NCBI GenBank assembly: GCA_002104905.1 | Contig: MCFE01000354.1 | Location: 24,091-88,090 of the forward strand | Source of the DNA: Basidiobolus meristosporus CBS 931.73 | Taxonomy: Eukaryota; Fungi; Basidiobolomycota | Reading direction: 5' to 3' | DNA length: 64,000 nt | Shown: piece by piece, positions 60,192-64,000 of the stretch | Layout: every line of letters starts with the position of its first letter | Numbering within the stretch: position 1 is the stretch's first letter | Translations under genes and position numbers: made by a program | Notes under the pieces: model-generated | Told to the model about the DNA's origin: nothing | The model's database searches: none | What the model saw: the letters and a program-made list of their open reading frames with translations, nothing else

Positions 60192-63100
60192 TGTTGTAAA
60201 AATTTGTAATTCCACCTAAATATTCACCTAACTTAGTCACTTAGATCATCACCTTCAAATCCTAGAGAATACTGACCAAATTCCTTGTCGGGATTTACTT
60301 AGAATATTTTCACCAAAATACCAGGTACCCAGAACATGAAAATTCTCAAAGTTGTCCAAACAGCCCCAAACTTTGCACACATGTTTTTGGGACCTTTCTT
60401 AACCTATTCTACGTGTTTGTAATGCCAAGACCAGGTAAAAGTGTAAATACTACTTTTACATTCAATAAATCATTAGGTGAAAACCACATAATCAACTTGT
60501 TCTCCCAATCACTTCCAATATCTCCAAGACTCTTACAACAGGCTATGAGCCTCAAGCTGTCACTCTCTGCATTGTCTACTACTGCTATTACTGGAATTTT
60601 TCCCTCTGCTGAAAAGTTGGATGGCTCTAACTACCAAGTGTGGAAGGTGAAGATGAAGATGCTGCTACAAGAAAGAGGCCTTTGGGATATTGTCATGGGA
60701 GAAGAATGCCCTCCTAAAAATGTGGGAGAGGAAGCCTTAAAGTACCAGAAGAAAGAACAAAGTGCCTTTAACTGCATTTGCCTGAATGTCAAGGACAAAT
60801 TGCTAATTCAATGCTCAAGAGCAAAAACCGCAAAGAATGCCTGGAAAGCATTGGAAGACACCTACCAGTCATGTTCAGCTGCCAAGAAGATGTATCTGAG
60901 AAAAAAATTCTTTACTACAAAGATGCTGCCAGGAGAAGAAATGAAAAACCTAATTAACAGAATTACCTTGCTGGTAGATGAGATAGAATCTGTGGGCGTA
61001 CCAGCTACTGATGAGAATGTGACAGTTGCCATCCTGAATAGCCTGACAGATGAGTTTCAGGGCCTTGTATCAGCCTTAGAGTCCAGAACTGAAGATTCAA
61101 CCTTAAATTATGTATATGGAAGGCTCCTGGATGAAGAATTAAGAAAATCAAGCGCCAATAAGAAGGAAGAAGAAAATGCTTTAATAAGCAATGATAACCA
61201 ACAAAGGAGGTATCCAAGACCCTACAAAGGCAACAGCAACCTATTTTGCAACTACTGCAAAAGGAAAGGACACATATCAGACCGGTGTCTCAAAAAGAAA
61301 GATAATCAGCAAAGAAGCCTGAATATGGAAATGCTGCAACAACTGAAGATAGACTATTCATATCTGCACTAAATATGACCATAAACAAGGATTCTCAGAC
61401 GTGGTATATTGACTCTGGAGCTTTTCAACACTTTACACACCAAAAAGAACTATTTACCCAATATCAAGAAATTCCAATTAAGAAGGTTTTCATGGGTGAC
61501 AATAGAACAATTGATGCAGTGGGAGAAGGAACTATCCAAGTAAACCTTAGAAGCAGTGAAGGAAGCCATACACTGACCTTTAAAGAAGTACTCTATGTAC
61601 CAGAAATAGCCAAGAACCTACTTTCTGTAAGCAAGGCCACAGCAGAAGGACTCAGTTTCAGTTTTGACAATTCTGGATGCAGGATCAGTGATCAAAATGG
61701 TGCTCATATTGCTTCAGGCATCAGAGATCAGAATCTTTACAAGTTGACTTATATTCCATCATATCTGGAAGCCAATATAAGTAACTTCAATGAAGAAACA
61801 CCAATGCTTTGGCACAGGAGATTTGGGCACATCAATTTTGATTATTTGCACAAAATGATCAAAGATCAGCTAATTTCTGGAGTGAAAATTGATCCCCCAG
61901 CTAATTTGGAGCACTGTGAAGCCTGCATATATGGGAAACAAGCCAGACAACCGTTCAAGAGCTCTGGGTTAATCAAAGCTAAGAAAAAATTAGATCTAAT
62001 TCACTCAGATCTGTGTGGACCTATGCAAAATTTATCCTTAGGCGGGATGAAGTATTTAATCACTTTTATTGATGACTATACAAGATACACATGGGTCTAC
62101 TTCATGGAGAGAAAGGAAGAAGCTCTGTCTAAGTTCAGGGAGTTTAAAGTCATGGTGGAGAGAAAAACTGGTGAAAAAATCAAGAAAATATGCTCTGCAA
62201 TGGTAGAGAATATACTTCAAAACTCTTCATCCACTTCTGCAAAATTCATGGGATAAAGCAAGATACTACTGTACCATGCTCCCCACAGCAAAATGGAGTA
62301 GCAGAACAAGCTAACAGATCAATAATTGATATGGCAAGATCTATGATCCATGATCAAAAATTATCCTATGATTTTTGAGTGGAATCAGTTGCCACTTCTG
62401 TATATCTTAAAAATAGGAGTTATAATAGAATACCTTGTGATTCTACTCCATTTGAATCATGGTATGGATACAGACCAGGTGCAGAACATCTAAGAATATT
62501 TGGGTGTACAGCATATGCCAAAAAACTGGCCAGAAATCAGTCAAAATTTGAGCCAAAAAGTGTAAAATGCATATTTTTGGGCTACTGCAATGAGAGTAAG
62601 GCATACAGACTCTACAATACCAAAGCAAAGAAGCTGATCAAGTCCAGGGATGTGTTGTTTGATGAAAATTCAAAATTTTCACAAAAAATGACATCAGATG
62701 ATGACAAAAATCTGATCTCAAGTCCACCAATTGTCAGGATTGAATCAGAGCAAAACAATGAAATTTTTTTCACTCCAGAGGACTCTGCAACTGTGGTTCA
62801 GCCAGAATTAGTGCCCAGGAATATCCCAGAAGTGATCATTCCAGTATTAAATGCCCGGAGATCCAATCAGACAAGAAATAGCCCAAATTACTATATCAAT
62901 GAGGGTACAAACTAAGCCTATGCCTATTCAGTCCATGTTGATGAGCCCCAGACTGTAAAAGAGGCCCTAAATAGCCCTCAGACAAAGTTTTGGAGATCTA
63001 CAATGACTGAGGATTATCAGGCACTGATGGAAAATCAAACCTGGGACTTAGTCAAATTACCAATCAACCAAAAATCAATTGGATGCAGATGGGTCTTCAT

Positions 63101-64000
63101 GACAAAATACAAGGCTGATGGTACAATTGAAAGATACAAAGCAAGACTTGTAGCCAAAGAATACTCTCAAACAAAAGGACTTGACTATACTGAGACCTTT
63201 GCACCGGTAGCCAAGTTTAATTCCATCAGATTAATTTTGGCTATTGCAGCAAATTATATGTTTTTTATTCATCAAATGGATGTAAGAGCTGCATTTTTGA
63301 ATAGACAACTTGATGAGGATGTGTATATGGACCAGCCTGATGGGTTTGCTGACCAAAATAACCCCCATTTGGTCTGCAAGCTTAAAAAGTCACTATATGG
63401 TCTCAAACAATCACCAAGAGCCTGGAATTGCAAGATAGATTCTTATTGGGAATCTTTGAGTTTCAAAAGAAGTAATGCTGACTATAGTATATACTATAAG
63501 CCAGATAGAGCAAATCAGTTCTATTAGCTCTATATGTGGATGATCTTATTATAGCCACCAATAACCTAGAAACATTGGAAGAGACTAAATCCAGCCTATC
63601 TAAGGAGTTCAAGATGTCCGATCTAGGAGAACTTAGTTACTACTTAGGGATTAAGTTCTCCATAGACAGAAGTACCCAGACTATTACCCTAAGCCAATCC
63701 TAGTATATTCAAGATATACTAAAGAAATACAAAATGGAAGACTGTAAACCAGCAGCCACCCCAATGGAGACAAACCTTAACTTGGTCAAAACTCAACCAA
63801 ATCAAGAGAACTTGGTGTCATCTGAAAGCCCTGACTTTCCTTATCAATCTATAGTTGGCAGTTTGATGTATATCATGCTTGGAACACGTCCAGATATGTC
63901 ATATTCAGTGGGAGTTGTCAGCCAATATAATCAGAACTATGGATCTGATCATATTGCAGCAGTTAAGCAGATTTTTAGATACCTAAAAGGAACTGCTGAT
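60192..64000 (+). mobile_element. Ty1/copia element D: 5' LTR 60192-60540, PBS, gag (zinc knuckle), protease, integrase, RT; runs off the window
   Basis: LTR TGTTG...CAACA; gag KLDGSNYQVWKVKM..GLW, CNYCKRKGHISDRC; protease WYIDSGA; HSDLCGPM, FIDDYTRY, PQQNGVAE; RT YKARLVAK, YGLKQSPRAW, YVDD. Frameshifts ~61313 and ~62197, plus stops. Confidence 0.95.
60541..60553 (+). promoter_or_regulatory. Primer-binding site, initiator-tRNA-Met anticodon-arm (half-tRNA) type
   Basis: GGCTATGAGCCTC directly after the LTR end resembles GGTTATGAGCCCT, the complement of the tRNAiMet anticodon stem-loop used by Ty5/copia-type elements. Confidence 0.75.

Overview
Eukaryotic, intron-containing fungal DNA. An early-diverging lineage such as Basidiobolus is plausible, but this is inference from the gene set and the short introns. 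The window has two parts. (1) Positions 1 to ~43 kb are gene-dense: 3' end of a CHD/Mi-2 remodeller with a 20-aa SPQ repeat array, Pho80/Pcl-type cyclin, myosin-motor class V chitin synthase, SulP transporter, Tyr-phosphatase-family gene, ceramide synthase, Zn2Cys6 transcription factor, an intronless bacterial-type terpene synthase, an unknown coiled-coil gene, a ~2.1-kb tandem duplication giving two CAP59-family mannosyltransferases, a PWWP/Tudor-like gene, casein kinase I, a LYR protein, NOSIP, an OB-fold protein and PGK. (2) Positions ~43.9 to 64 kb are a CpG-depleted nested transposon island. It holds at least four pieces of one Ty1/copia family (347-350-bp LTRs, repeatedly inserted into each other) and two decayed two-gene CACTA/EnSpm-like elements. 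It also holds a PIF/Harbinger-ISL2EU-type (PHIS) family with AGACTTGTTC termini and ATT target duplications, made up of an open transposase ORF, a 732-bp fold-back derivative and a 210-bp MITE whose empty site is visible in a paralogous copy. Several conserved genes carry single-base frameshifts that may be consensus errors. No rRNA, tRNA or CRISPR array was seen.
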